This document shows positions 11,551-23,496 of a stretch of 64,000 bases of DNA, piece by piece. Location: the NCBI GenBank assembly GCA_951406725.2, contig OX597839.1, positions 20,398,001 to 20,462,000 of the forward strand, in the 5' to 3' direction. The notes below the pieces were generated by a model that saw only the letters and a program-made list of their open reading frames with translations, was not told the origin of the DNA and made no database searches. This stretch comes from Octopus vulgaris. Its lineage: Eukaryota. A program made the translations under genes and the position numbers. Numbering within the stretch: the first letter of the stretch is position 1; the number at the start of each line of letters is the position of its first letter.

Positions 11551-11770
11551 TTGTGTGTCTGTGTTTGTCCCCCTAGCATTGCCTGACAACTGATGCTGGT
11601 GTGTTTACGACCCCGTCACTTAGCAGTTCGGCAAAAAGAGACCGATAGAATAAGTACTGGGCTTACAAAGAATAAGTCCTGGGGTCGATTTGCTCGACTA
11701 AAGGTGGTGCTCCAGCATGGCCGCAGTCAAATGACTGAAACAAGTAAAAGAGTAAAAGAGTAAAAGAGTA
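11379..11770 (+). mobile_element. 5'-truncated SINE family A
   Basis: Starts at caccttgggcaagtgtc and has a full tail. Confidence 0.92.
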
Positions 11771-12054
11771 AGTGAAGAAAGAAAGAACGAACGAATCAAC
11801 GAAGGAATGAACGAATAGCTGACTGATTGATTGAATGAATGAAAGAAGGTAGAGATGGAGGATGATTAGATAAATTGAAAGAACGAATGAACGAAAGATA
11901 ATATATTATTAAAAAAACTGCAAATCTAAAAGGATCGATAGATCGATTGTTATATAGATAGATACATACATAGGGACAAAACGACAAACTAACACACAAA
12001 CATCTGTGATTGTGTATGAGAGAGTGTGTGTGTACATATATATATATATATATA

Positions 12055-12357
12055 TCACGCGACCACGTGACCGACCATGCTATCAGATGTTGCTACACAT
12101 CGCTGGTCACAATGAGCTTCGCATTGTTTTAGCCTTCAAATGACCCCCACCCCGCTGGCTAAGCGAGCAGGCCAACAGAAAAAAGAGTGAGAGAAAGTTG
12201 TGGCGAAAAAGTACAGCAGGGATCGCCACCACCCCCAGCCGGAGCGTCGTGGAGCTTTAGGTGTTTTCGCTCAATAAATACTCACAACGCCCGGGAATCG
12301 AAACCGCAATCCTACGACTACGAGTCCGCTGCCCTAACCACTGGGCCATTGCGCCTT
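12055..12357 (-). mobile_element. tRNA-derived SINE family C, tail type C2 (possibly octopus OR-type)
   Basis: Minus-strand head ggcgcaatggcccagtggttagggcagcggactcg...ggtttcgattccc, and tail gaccagcgatgtgtagcaacatctgatag. Confidence 0.85.
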
Positions 12358-12378
12358 CACACACACACACACACACAC

Positions 12379-12459
<81 letters not shown>

Positions 12460-12511
12460 AACGGCAACGAGAAACTCAGAGTAACAGATTTTGTTGAATT
12501 TTCTGCTGCTT

Positions 12512-12571
<60 letters not shown>

Positions 12572-12801
12572 CATATACATTGATGAAACAGATGTCCCTG
12601 TTTCATCTACTCCGCGTTACGAAGGTAAGGACAATACTCGACTTCGTTGAAAAATCCTTCCCGCAAACCAAATTAAATAAGTTTGCGATTTTTGCAGAGG
12701 GTCAAAGTGGAAACAAGAACAGGACAGTGATAACAAAGCAGTACTTTCGATTCTCATTGTGTTCAACATTTCTTTTTATGTCCTATACCCATATATGCAT
12801 G

Positions 12802-12854
<53 letters not shown>

Positions 12855-12922
12855 ATGTTGGTATATAATGCATGTATGTATATATGTATATATTTATATA
12901 TTATTTATTTATTATTATTTAT

Positions 12923-13395
12923 TATTGAGTGAGAGAGCAGTTCATGCCATCAAAGTGACACTGGGGTAAAATATACGAAGCCCAATATACCCATCATGAC
13001 TACCCGTCTGATGGTACACCAGGCACATGCATCACAACCATATGTGCGTGACATGGTGATCTCATATCAAGATAAACAGCACATGACCTTGCAGGTGGGG
13101 CCCAGTTAGAATTTTCTTGTGGTTGAGTAGCCCATCCCGCTCAAAAGTGTCCCTGAATAAGGGTTGTTTAAGGATGTTGAAAGAACCACCCATGTTTCCA
13201 GAGGTGAATTATTCAAACCCCAAAGAATCCCTCTCAACACATGGCTATGATGCTCCCCCACTACTTCTGCTCGTTATCAGAGATGCACATATCGTCAGCC
13301 ACTAAGGGACATGCTCAACTGGTTAAGGTCAAACAACTGACAAGCAAATCTGTGGTATTGAGCAGAATATTTGCTGTAGCCCATCTTTTATACCA

Positions 13396-13396
<1 letters not shown>
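12923..13396 (-). mobile_element. Interspersed repeat, probable LINE 3' UTR ending in (TAA)n and embedded in TAA microsatellite
   Basis: Second copy at 48873-49420. The minus strand ends gcatgaactgctctctcactcaataataata, and (TTA)n lies on both sides. Confidence 0.7.
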
Positions 13397-13475
<79 letters not shown>

Positions 13476-13521
13476 AATGTGTGTGTCTATACATATATAT
13501 ATATATGTATATTTGTATGGG

Positions 13522-13692
13522 TAACTGATGCTGGTGTGATTTCATCCCCGTAACTTAGCGATTCGACAAAAAACCTCCGGTAGAAAAAGTGCTAAGCTTA
13601 CAAAAAATAATCCTGGGGTCGATTTGCTCGAACAAAGGCGGTACTCCAGCATGGCCGCAGCCAAATGACAAACAAATAAAAGAATAAAAGAA
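13522..13692 (+). mobile_element. SINE family A 3' half, degenerate
   Basis: gatgctggtgtg...aaaggcggtactccagcatggccgcag. Confidence 0.8.
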
Positions 13693-13694
13693 TA

Positions 13695-14338
13695 TGTTTA
13701 TGTATGTATGTATGTATGTGTATGTATGTATGTATATGTGTGTGTATGTATGTATGTATGTATGTATGTATGTATGTATGTATGTATGTATATGTGTGTG
13801 TATGTATGTATGTATGTATGTATGTATGTATGTATATGTGTATGTATGTATGTATGTATGTATATGTGTATGTATGTATGTATGTATGTATGTATGTATG
13901 TATGTATGTATGTATGTATGTATGAATGTGTATGTATGTATGTATGTATGAATGTGTATGTATGTATGTATGTATGTATGTATGTATGTATGTGTGTATG
14001 TATGTATGTATGTATGCATATGTGTGTATGTATGTATGTATGTATGTATGAATGTGTATGTATGTATGTATGTATGAATGTGTATGTATGTATGTATGTA
14101 TGTATGTATGTATGTATGTATGTATGTATGTATGTGTGTATGTATGTATGTATGTATGCATATGTGTGTGTATGTATGTATGTATGTATGTATGTATGAA
14201 TGTGTATGTATGTATGTATGTATGTATGTATGTATGTATGTATGTATGTATGTGTGTATGTGTGTATGTATGTATGTATGTATGTATGTATGTATGTATG
14301 TATGTATGTATGTGTGTATGTGTGTATGTATGTATGTA
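13695..14338. repeat. (TATG)n microsatellite
   Basis: Direct inspection. Confidence 0.95.
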
Positions 14339-14547
14339 TTTAGGCATGTAGATAAATGTCAGCAAGTAAACCGAAAGATTCTCTTCCCTTGAGAGAATTC
14401 TTCTGAAGATATTCGCTCTGCACTGAGTTACAGACACTCCCAAGATTCACCCAGAAAATGTGTACCAGTGATTCATTTGCCTTTTCGGGAAGTTGTAACC
14501 AATGACTCTATCCGATTTGGATATAGGAATATAAAACAAGTGTTGAG

Positions 14548-14696
14548 GAGAGGGAAAGAAAGAAAGGAAGAAAGAAAGAAAGAAAGAAATGACCAAAGAA
14601 TGGAGAGAGAAAGCAGGAAAGAAAGAAAGGAAGAAAGGAAGAACGAAGAGAGAAAGCAGGAAAGAAGGAAAGAAAGAAAGAACGGAGAAATCAGGA

Positions 14697-14748
<52 letters not shown>

Positions 14749-15440
14749 ACGATGAGAGAAAGCAGGAAAGAAAGAAAAGAAGGAAGGAAGAAAGGAAGGA
14801 AGGAAGAATAAAAGAAAGATGAGCATGAAAGAAGAAAAGAAGAAAGAAGAAAACAAAGAAAGAAAGGCTAACAGACAGAACGAAAGAATGAAAAAAGAAA
14901 GGAAGGAAGGAAGGACGGCAGAAAACAAAGAAAGAATGAATGAAAGAAGGGAAGAAAGGAAGAAAAGAAGGAAGAAAGAAAGAAAGTAAGAAAGAGAGAA
15001 TGAATGAATGAATGAATGAAAGGCAGACACATAGACAGAAAGAATGAAAGAAAAAAAAGAAAGTGAAAAGAAAGAATGGAAGTAAGGAAGGAAGGAAAGA
15101 AAGAAAGAAGAAAGAATGAAAGAAAGAAGGGAAGGAAAAGAAAGAAGAAAGAAATCTAGAAGGAAAGAAAGAGAAAAGAAAGAAAGGAAAGAAGGAAGGA
15201 AGAAAGAGAAAAAGAAAGAAAGAAAGATAGAAGAGAAGAGAAGAGAGGCAAGAAGAAATAAAAGATGAAAGGAATGAAAAAGAGGATGAAAGGATGGGAA
15301 AAAATCTAGAAGGAAAGGAAGAAGGGAGAGAAGAAAAACAGATTGAGTGGAATAGACAAGAAAGAATGAAAGAAGGAAGGAAAAACCCTGCAAAAATGAA
15401 AGAAAGAATGATAGAGACAAACGAAAGAAACAAAAAAAAT
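14548..15440. repeat. Degenerate (GAAA)n/(GGAA)n polypurine tract
   Basis: Direct inspection; source of the spurious 501-aa F/S/L-rich ORF. Confidence 0.93.
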
Positions 15441-15493
15441 ACTAAATCGAAATATAAAAAGAAAAGATAAAGAAGAAATTTAGATAAGGAAGA

Positions 15494-15507
15494 TGAGTAG
15501 GTGGCGC
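15494..15507 (+). promoter_or_regulatory. CTCF-like motif
   Basis: tgagtaggtggcgc matches 12 of 14 positions of CCASYAGRKGGCRS. Confidence 0.3.
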
Positions 15508-15978
15508 CTGTCGGGTTTGAATGCGTGAATTTGAAGAAAGAAAATGGTTTCTTTATTTGCCACAAGGGCAACAAAATAAATAAAACATGAAGAAAAAATA
15601 TAAACAACAATATAAGTAACGACAAAGAACAAAGAGAATGAAGAAGAAACGCAAACGGCGGAGAGAGTTTTTGATATTTTCGTTTTTGTAAAATATAAAT
15701 AAAATATAAAATAAAAGATAAAAATGTGTGCGTGTGTGTATGTGTGTGTGTGAGTGTGTGTGTGTGAGTGTGTGTGTAGAGGCCCCTCTTTTTTTGTTTC
15801 ATGCAAAAAGAGGGCAAAGAGATAGATGCCCTGTTAACCAAAATAGTTGCTATTTTTGGAGGCAGTGGTTTCCAAGAAAGAAGAAAAAAAAATATATCAA
15901 CGTCTATCTTTGAGGTCTCTATACATTCGTATACATACATACATACATACATACATACTTACTTACATACATACATAC

Positions 15979-16009
<31 letters not shown>

Positions 16010-16015
16010 CATACA

Positions 16016-16046
<31 letters not shown>

Positions 16047-16137
16047 CTACACAAAGACACACAAACACATATATTACCTGTTACGCTATTACGTCATTGG
16101 ACGGAATTTTTTACACATACATTCACTCTCTCTTGTA

Positions 16138-16188
<51 letters not shown>

Positions 16189-16541
16189 GGCGCAATGGCC
16201 CAGTGGTTAGGGCAGCGGTTTCGATTCCCAGACCGGGCGTTGTCTGTGTTTATTGAGCGAAAACACCTAAAAGCTCCACGAGGCTCCAGCAGGGGATGGT
16301 GGTGATCCCTGCTGTACTCTTTCACCACAACTTTCTCTCACTCTTACTTCCTGTTTCTGTTGTACCTGTATTTCAAAGGGCCGGCCTTGTCACTCTCTGT
16401 GTCACTCTGAATATCCCCGAGAACTACGTTAAGGGTACACGTGTCTGTGGAGTGCTCAGCCACTTACACGTTAATTTCACGAGCAGGCTGTTCCGTTGAT
16501 CGGATTAACCGGAACCCTCGTCGTCGTAACCGACGGAGTGC
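16189..16541 (+). mobile_element. SINE family C, tail type C1
   Basis: Same head as 12055-12357 (with a deletion in the anticodon arm) but a different 3' half (ccgagaactacgttaagggtacacgtgtctgtggagtgctcagccac...gtaaccgacggagtg); second copy at 63669. Confidence 0.88.
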
Positions 16542-16576
16542 TTCCTCCTTCCTTTATGTATATATATGTATGTATG

Positions 16577-16635
<59 letters not shown>

Positions 16636-16645
16636 GTATGTATAT

Positions 16646-16760
16646 ACTCTTTTACTTGCTTCAGTCATTTGACTGCGGCCATGCTTGAGCACCGCATTTT
16701 AGTCGAGCAAATCGACCCCAGGACTTAATCTATGTAAGCCTAGTACTCATTCTATCTGTC
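16646..16760 (-). mobile_element. SINE family A tail fragment
   Basis: actcttttacttgcttcagtcatttgactgcggccatgc. Confidence 0.8.
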
Positions 16761-16880
16761 ATAGTATTTTAATTATATTTTAGGTGAATATCGACATACT
16801 TAATAATTGATGTATGCTCTTTAATAATTTTCTACTTATTTCAGACAGAAAACATTCTTGAAGTAAAGGCGCCCTTAATT

Positions 16881-17450
16881 ATGAACATGACAAATAAAGG
16901 ACCTTCGCTTACTTTTCTTGCATGAGTTCAAGCTTGGGCACAATGCTTCCCAAACTGCTGCTAACATCAATAGAGCATGGGGAGAGGAGTCCAGAAGTGA
17001 TTGCACAGTACAAAGGTGGTTTCAGAAATTCCGTAGTAGTGATGAGAGCCCTGAAGATGAAGAAGGTAGAGGACGGTCATGCAATCTTAACAATAAACAA
17101 TTGAAAGTAATTGTTGAACAAAACCCACGTCAAAGTGCCAGAGAAATGTCTCAGGCACTTGGTGTCGGTATTGCAACAGTCTCATGCAATCTGCAGAAGA
17201 TTGGTGAGGTGAAAAAGCTCGCCAAATGGGTATCGCATGAGCTCAATGAAAATCAAAAATTTCGAAGTTTTGAAGTATGTTCGATGCTCTTTCTGCGAAA
17301 CGCCAATGGTCCTTCTCTTGACTGGATAGCCACTTGTGACGAAAAGTGGATCCTTTATGATATCATAAAAGGTATCATATGATAGCAAAACCGTTGGCAA
17401 TCTTTGATATCTTGGCATCTGAAGCAGCTGGAGATACGATAGTTTGACTA
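16881..17450 (+). pseudogene. Mariner (Mos1/SETMAR-type) transposase relic, frameshifted and internally deleted
   Basis: KDLRLLFLHEFKLGHNASQTAANINRAWG (first HTH), TVQRWFQKFRS..ES.EDEEGRGR, KKLAKWVSHELNE (WVPHEL motif) and IATCDEKWILYD (first catalytic Asp). The ATG at 16881 is out of frame by one base. C-terminal-like KGI...RWQ follows directly. Confidence 0.92.
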
Positions 17451-17727
17451 AAAGAATCAGCTATTACAAGCGAAAATAAGTATTCAAGAAAAAATGCATA
17501 CGGGGCCAAATTTGGACATAAGACAGCTTAAACATAGTAGCAACGATGTGTGTGTGTGTGTGACCATGTGCGTATGTGTGTGTGCGTGTGTGAGTGTGTG
17601 TGTGCGCACACACACATATATATGGAACAAGGTTAGAAGTCGTTGACACCTTTGTTTACCTTGCAAGCACACTGTCAAGATATATTTATATATATATAAC
17701 AAACAGTAAATAATATATATATTGTGT

Positions 17728-18023
17728 GTGGATTTGGTAGACGGAAACTGAAAGAAGCCCGTCGTATATATGTATATATGTGTATATTTATGTGTGTCTG
17801 TATTATATGTTTGTGTGACTGTGTTTGTCCCCCCTCCCCAACATCGCTTGACAACCGATGGTGGTGTGTTTACCTCCTCGTAACTTAGCGGTTCGGTTAA
17901 AGAGACCGATAGAATAAGTACTAGGTATCCACAGAATAAGTCCCGGTGTCGATTTGCTCGACTAAAAGCAGTGCTCCAGCATGGCCGCAGTCAAATGACT
18001 GAAACAAGTAAAACAGTAAAGAG
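17728..18023 (+). mobile_element. 5'-truncated SINE family A
   Basis: Starts at gtggatttggtagacgg and continues to the tail. Confidence 0.9.
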
Positions 18024-18054
<31 letters not shown>

Positions 18055-18171
18055 TAAATAAAAATATATGCATACATACAAACATATATGTACGTACCTA
18101 CATTTACATGTATATATACATGCATATATAAATAATTATACGTGAGTACAGGACACCACAAGAAGACGTAG

Positions 18172-18209
<38 letters not shown>

Positions 18210-18224
18210 AATAAAACGAAACGG

Positions 18225-18378
18225 CGAGCTTTCTTCAGTTTCCGCCTATCAAATCCAATTACAAGTCTGTGGTTGACCCGTGGCTATGGTAGACGACACT
18301 TGCCCAAGGTGCCACGTAGTGGGCCTGAAACCGGAACCATATGGTTTGGGGAGCAGACACCTTACCACAAAGCCACGT
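18225..18378 (-). mobile_element. SINE family A head, degenerate
   Basis: gacacttgcccaaggtgccacgtagtgggcctgaaaccggaacca. Confidence 0.75.
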
Positions 18379-18703
18379 AAGATATAAAAGACAAAGGTTT
18401 ATGAAAGAAGATATTAAGAGAACAACGATGTGTGAGCAGCATCGGACATCAGAACACTCTCACCTCTTGTCAACAAATACGGCTTGGAATAAACTGGTCA
18501 TTGATATTACACAGCTTTCCTCAGGTTGCTGCCGCTGTTGCTGCTGCTGCTGCTGCTGCTGTTGTTGTTGTTGTTGTTGTTGTTGTTGCAACTGCTTGTG
18601 TTGTTGTTGTTGTTGGTGGTGGTGGTGTTGATTACTGTTACTGCTTTACGTTCTATTTGTTTCTTAGAATTTATTTCACTTTTTCATACCATCTTTCTCT
18701 CCC

Positions 18704-18749
<46 letters not shown>

Positions 18750-18764
18750 GCACACACGCACACA

Positions 18765-19517
18765 CACACACTCACATATACACTTACAACCGCAAACATC
18801 CTCACACACACATTCACACACACACACGCAAACAAACATCCACACACACACACACGCTAACAACCAAACACACACTCACATATACACTTACAACCACAAA
18901 CATCCTCACACACACATTCACACACACACACGCAAACAAACATCCACACACACACACACACTAACAACCAAACACACACTCACATATACACTTACAACCG
19001 CAAACATCCTCACACACACATTCACACACACACACGCAAACAAACATCCACACACACACACACACTAACAACCAAACACACACTCACATATACACTTACA
19101 ACCACAAACATCCTCACACATACATTCACACACACACACGCAAACAAACATCCACACACACACACACGCTAACAACCAAACACACACTCACATATACACT
19201 TACAACCACAAACATCCTCACACATACATTCACACACACACACGCAAACAAACATCCACACACACACACACGCTAACAACCAAACACACACTCACATATA
19301 CACTTACAACCACAAACATCCTCACACACACATTCACACACACACACGCAAACAAACATCCACACACACACACACACACGCTAACAACCAAACACACTCA
19401 CCTATACACTTACAACCGCAAACATCCTCACACACACATTCACACACACACACACACATACACAAACGCAAACAAACATCCACACACACACACACACGTA
19501 CACACACTCACATACAT
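18765..19517. repeat. CA-rich minisatellite, ~120-bp unit, about 6 copies
   Basis: Repeating ctcacatatacacttacaacc(g/a)caaacatcctc...cattc...gcaaacaaacatcc...ctaacaaccaaac. Confidence 0.92.
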
Positions 19518-19724
19518 TGACAACTACACGCACTCACACATTTACACTCTCTATCGTACATAAAATTCTCCTTTTGTTTTTCCTTTCCTTCTTTCTTGCT
19601 TTCCTTCCTTCTCTCTTCTTTCTTCTCTTTCTCTGCCTATTAAAATTCATTTTAAAAATATTTAAAACGTCGGCAAGCTCCTACCTACCTACCTACCTAC
19701 CTAACTAACTAACTACCTACATAC

Positions 19725-19957
19725 CTATTTCTTTACTACCCACAAGGGGCTAAACATAGAGGGGACGAACAAGGACAGACAAACGGACTAAGTCGAGTAT
19801 ATCGACCCCAGTGCGTAACTAGTACTTATTTAATCGACCCCGAAAGGATGAAAGGCAAAGTCGACCTCGGCGGAATTTGAACTCAGAACGTAACGGCAGA
19901 CGAAATACCGCGAAGCATTTCGCCCGGCGTGCTAAAGTCTCTGCCAGCTCGCCGCCT
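19725..19957 (-). mobile_element. Full-length SINE family B inserted in a (CCTA)n microsatellite
   Basis: Minus strand reads ggcggcgagctggcaga...gagttcaaattccgccgaggtcgac...gccccttgtgggtagtaaagaaatag, with (CCTA)n on both sides. Confidence 0.9.
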
Positions 19958-20301
19958 TTACCTACCTACCTACCTACCTACCTACCTACCAACCAACCTA
20001 CCTACCTCCCACCCTCCCTCCCTCCCTCCCTACCTACCTACCTACCTACCTACCAACCTACCTACCTACCTACCTACCTACCTACCTACCTACCAACCTG
20101 CCTACCTCCCTCCCTCCCTCCCTCCCTCCCTACCTACCTACTTACCTACCTACCTACCTACCTATCTACCCTTCTACCAACCTATCTACCAACCTACCTA
20201 TCTTTCTATATCTAGCTATCATTTTTAAAAATCTTTCTGTCTGTATGTCCGTCATTCTGTCTATTTGCTTATTTGCCTATCCATATCAAGCAGTTACAAA
20301 G

Positions 20302-20657
20302 AGTGGTTCTCAACCCTTATTTGCTTATGGACCCCTTTGATTTCTTTTTTATTCGGTTGGTCCTTCATAGTTGTCTGTTTAAAAAGTCCTGTTGTATTTT
20401 TATTATTAAATATTATTAGGAATTGTATAATTTTATCAAAGTATTTGGTATATTGTAGAATTATGGACAAATTATTGCACATACCTTTCAGCAAAAAAAC
20501 AAAACAAATTTATATAGGCGCCAGAGTGGCTGTGTGGTAAGTAGCTTGCTAACCAACCACATGGTTTCGGGTTCAGTCCCACTGCGTGGCATCTTGGGCA
20601 AGTGTCTTCTGCTATAACCTCGGGATTTCGTAGACGGAAACTGAAAGAAGCCTGTCG

Positions 20658-20690
<33 letters not shown>

Positions 20691-20988
20691 GTATGTGTGT
20701 GTGTGTTTGTGTGTATGTGTTTGTCCCCCAACATCTCTTGACAACCGATGGTAGTGTGTTTACGTCCCCGTAACTTAGCGGTTCGGCAAAAGAGACCGAT
20801 AGATTAAGTACTAGGCTTACAAAAAATAAGTCTTGGGGTCGATTTGCTCGACTAAAGGCGGTGCTCCAGCATGGCCACAGTCACATGACTGAAACAAGTT
20901 AAAGAGTAAAAGAGTAAATTATTGCACATAAATTTCAGCCCCCCACCAAAAAAAAAACCCTTATATCGACCTCGGTTAAGAACCACGG
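20302..20988. mobile_element. hAT-like MITE interrupted by SINE A
   Basis: Ends agtggttctcaacc and ggttaagaaccacgg; tatggacccctttgatt is shared with 22931-23273. Confidence 0.55.
20517..20915 (+). mobile_element. SINE family A with an internal deletion
   Basis: Matches the consensus; flanked by duplicated aaattattgcacata..tttcagc. Confidence 0.9.
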
Positions 20989-21332
20989 AGTAATAGCTTA
21001 CCTTTACGTTTTGTTGGTTAAATAGTCTGGAATGTTTACGTTTTTAGGATTACGAAATCCTTGGCATTATTGGAGTAACATATTCAGACTATATGGAGAC
21101 TTCAAATAGATTACTGAAAGGTTACTGGAGTTCTTTTGTGGGTCGGCATAATGATATTGATAAGTGATTGAGTAGAAGTAGCGAAACTTGTTGGTGAATT
21201 TCACACGTTGCTCAATCGTTTGATAAAATTATATAATCTTATCGATTCACCTCATCGGTATTTTGACAAAGAAAAGAAAAACGAAAAAAAGGAAACACGA
21301 ATTATAATGTTAAGTTTGCTATACTTTGTACT

Positions 21333-21420
21333 GAAACACCGATGAGGTAACTCGATAAGATTATAGAATTTCACCAAACGAATGTGTAATCTTGTCGGTT
21401 TGCCGAAACGCGTGTATTGT
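21333..21420 (+). ncRNA. Degenerate hammerhead-ribozyme-like motif (Penelope-type)
   Basis: CCGATGA (21339-21345), a 19-bp stem (21346-21364 with 21386-21404; 18 pairs including 4 G-U), GAAA, then palindromic cgcgt. A diverged inverted copy lies at ~21214-21263. The core deviates from CUGANGA and the NUH site is not intact. Confidence 0.45.
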
Positions 21421-22129
21421 TTTATAAAGTTTAAGTATCAAACACGTTTTCTGTACCTTCTGTGTTTGTGTGCGTGTGTGTGATTGTTTACGCCATAAGA
21501 ATTTAGAAACACCGAGAGAATAAAATAATTTGTGTTTTAATACTTGAACTCGAAATACATAAAGCTATAATTAATTCTGAGTAGATATTCAATAGAAAGG
21601 GTCGAAGGGCGAGACTCGTACTCGCGTTTTCTGTAAGTATTACAGATTTTCTATCAGTGCACCAAAGCAATCCTTCGAATTCCTTTGTCCATTTTAGAAG
21701 CTTCTTGTTTCCTTTACGATCGAAAATTATATATTAGTTACGTTGCAGAAAATATATATGAGTAAGAGACAGAGAGAAATAAGTGCTGGGGTTGATTCGT
21801 TTAGACTAAAATTCTTGGAGGCCGTGCTCTAGCATGGTCTGCAGTCTATGTATAAGTTATTTATGTCAGGTCTCAGGTAAACCCCGATCGCGTAGGCCTA
21901 GTATCAAAGACATTCCCACCGTAACCACCCTGCTTTCTCTACAAGGGAATCTACGACAATGTTTAACGGTCATGTCCTTCTTCATGTTAAAATCAAAACG
22001 TTTGGTTTATGGCAGATTTGGTTGTTACAACTAGCAGGTCGAGGTACTGTAGTTCGCTTGTACGGATGAGCGTTGTTATTATTCGGCCGCTGGTCAGTGT
22101 TGGCTGAGCAGATCTGTCTATGATCTCGT

Positions 22130-22264
22130 CAATCCACTCACATGGCTTTGGTCGGCCCGAGGCTATAGTAGAAGACACTTGCCCAGGGTGCCACGCAGTG
22201 GAACTGAACCTGGAACCATGTGGTTGGTAAGCAAGCTATTTACCCCACAGTCACTCCCGCGCCT
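22130..22264 (-). mobile_element. SINE family A head
   Basis: Reverse complement of the first ~135 nt of the consensus. Confidence 0.85.
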
Positions 22265-22364
22265 CTTTCAAAATTTCTATTTTGTTATTGACCCATTAAT
22301 TTGTATGGGCCGAACTATGTAAAATGTTTGAGAAAGAAACCTAACCGTTTTTTGCAATACATAA

Positions 22365-22516
22365 CTATTTCTTTATTACCCACAAGGGGCTAAACATAGA
22401 GGGGACAAACAAGGACAGACATAGGTATTAAGTCGATTACATCGACCCCAGTGCGTAACTGGTACTTAATTTATCGACCCCGAAAGGATGAAAGGCAAAG
22501 TCGACCCCAGCGGAAT
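22365..22516 (-). mobile_element. SINE family B 3' part
   Basis: Near-identical to 19725-19875. Confidence 0.88.
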
Positions 22517-22526
22517 ACATACCACT

Positions 22527-22723
22527 TACTCTCTTACTTGTTTCAGTCATTTGACTGTGGCCATGCTGGAGCACCGCCTTTAGTCGAGAAAAGTCGACCC
22601 CAGGACTTATTCTTTGTAAGCCTAGTACTTATTCGCACGGTCTCTTTTGCCGAACCGCTAAGTTACAGGGACGTATACACACCAGCATCGGTTGTCAAGC
22701 GATGTTGGGGGGGGATAAACACA

Positions 22724-22819
<96 letters not shown>

Positions 22820-22903
22820 GACGGGCTTCTTTTAGTTTCCGTCTACCAAATCCACTCACAAGGCTTTGGTCGGCCCGAGGCTATAGTTGAAGACACTTGC
22901 CCA
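22527..22903 (-). mobile_element. 5'-truncated SINE family A
   Basis: Reverse complement of the consensus. Confidence 0.9.
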
Positions 22904-22930
22904 ATACACATCTAAAGCAAAATTTCTTCA

Positions 22931-23273
22931 AGTTCTCAACCGTTTTTTACCTATGGACCCCTTTGATTACTATTTCATTCTAGTGGGACCCAATCGCCAT
23001 TCAATGTTTAAAAACTAGTTTTATAGAAACCTCTTTCAAAATTCCTATTTTGCTTTCCACACATTAACTTCTGTAGGCTGAACTACATAAAACGTTAGAG
23101 GAGAGAACCTTGCTGTTTCTTGTAAGAAATCCATCTGAAGCAAAACTTTTTCATTGACCCTTATTTCCCTGCCGTGAATCCCCAGTTTACTATTTTGCTT
23201 ACGTGGAGCGCAAAACTCTTATATGGATCCCTAGGGGTCATACGAACTTCGGTTCTTATGGTTGAGAATCGCT
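22931..23273. mobile_element. hAT-like MITE
   Basis: Terminal gttctcaacc and ggttgagaatcgct; related fragments at 20302 and 22262-22360. Confidence 0.55.
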
Positions 23274-23496
23274 TTGTAAGAATATACCTGTCCAAAGTCA
23301 ATAGTCAGTATTGAAACAAGCGATTTAATTTATGTAGAGTTACATTATCTAATATCTCCTCTTTTAATAAAATAGAGTGCGATTCTAGAAGTCAAGGAAC
23401 TTCGTCGGGTTTTTTTTATAAGTATATGTTTCTCTAATGCACATACACACACACACACACAGACACAGACACAGACACACAAAGAAAGACGTTGAG

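Noticed and set aside
12187-12969. 260-aa ORF
   Set aside because: It is a chance read-through of an antisense SINE, (TA)n tracts and repeat fragments.
14447-15952. 501-aa and 315-aa hydrophobic ORFs
   Set aside because: They are translations of a (GAAA)n polypurine tract and show no domain signal.
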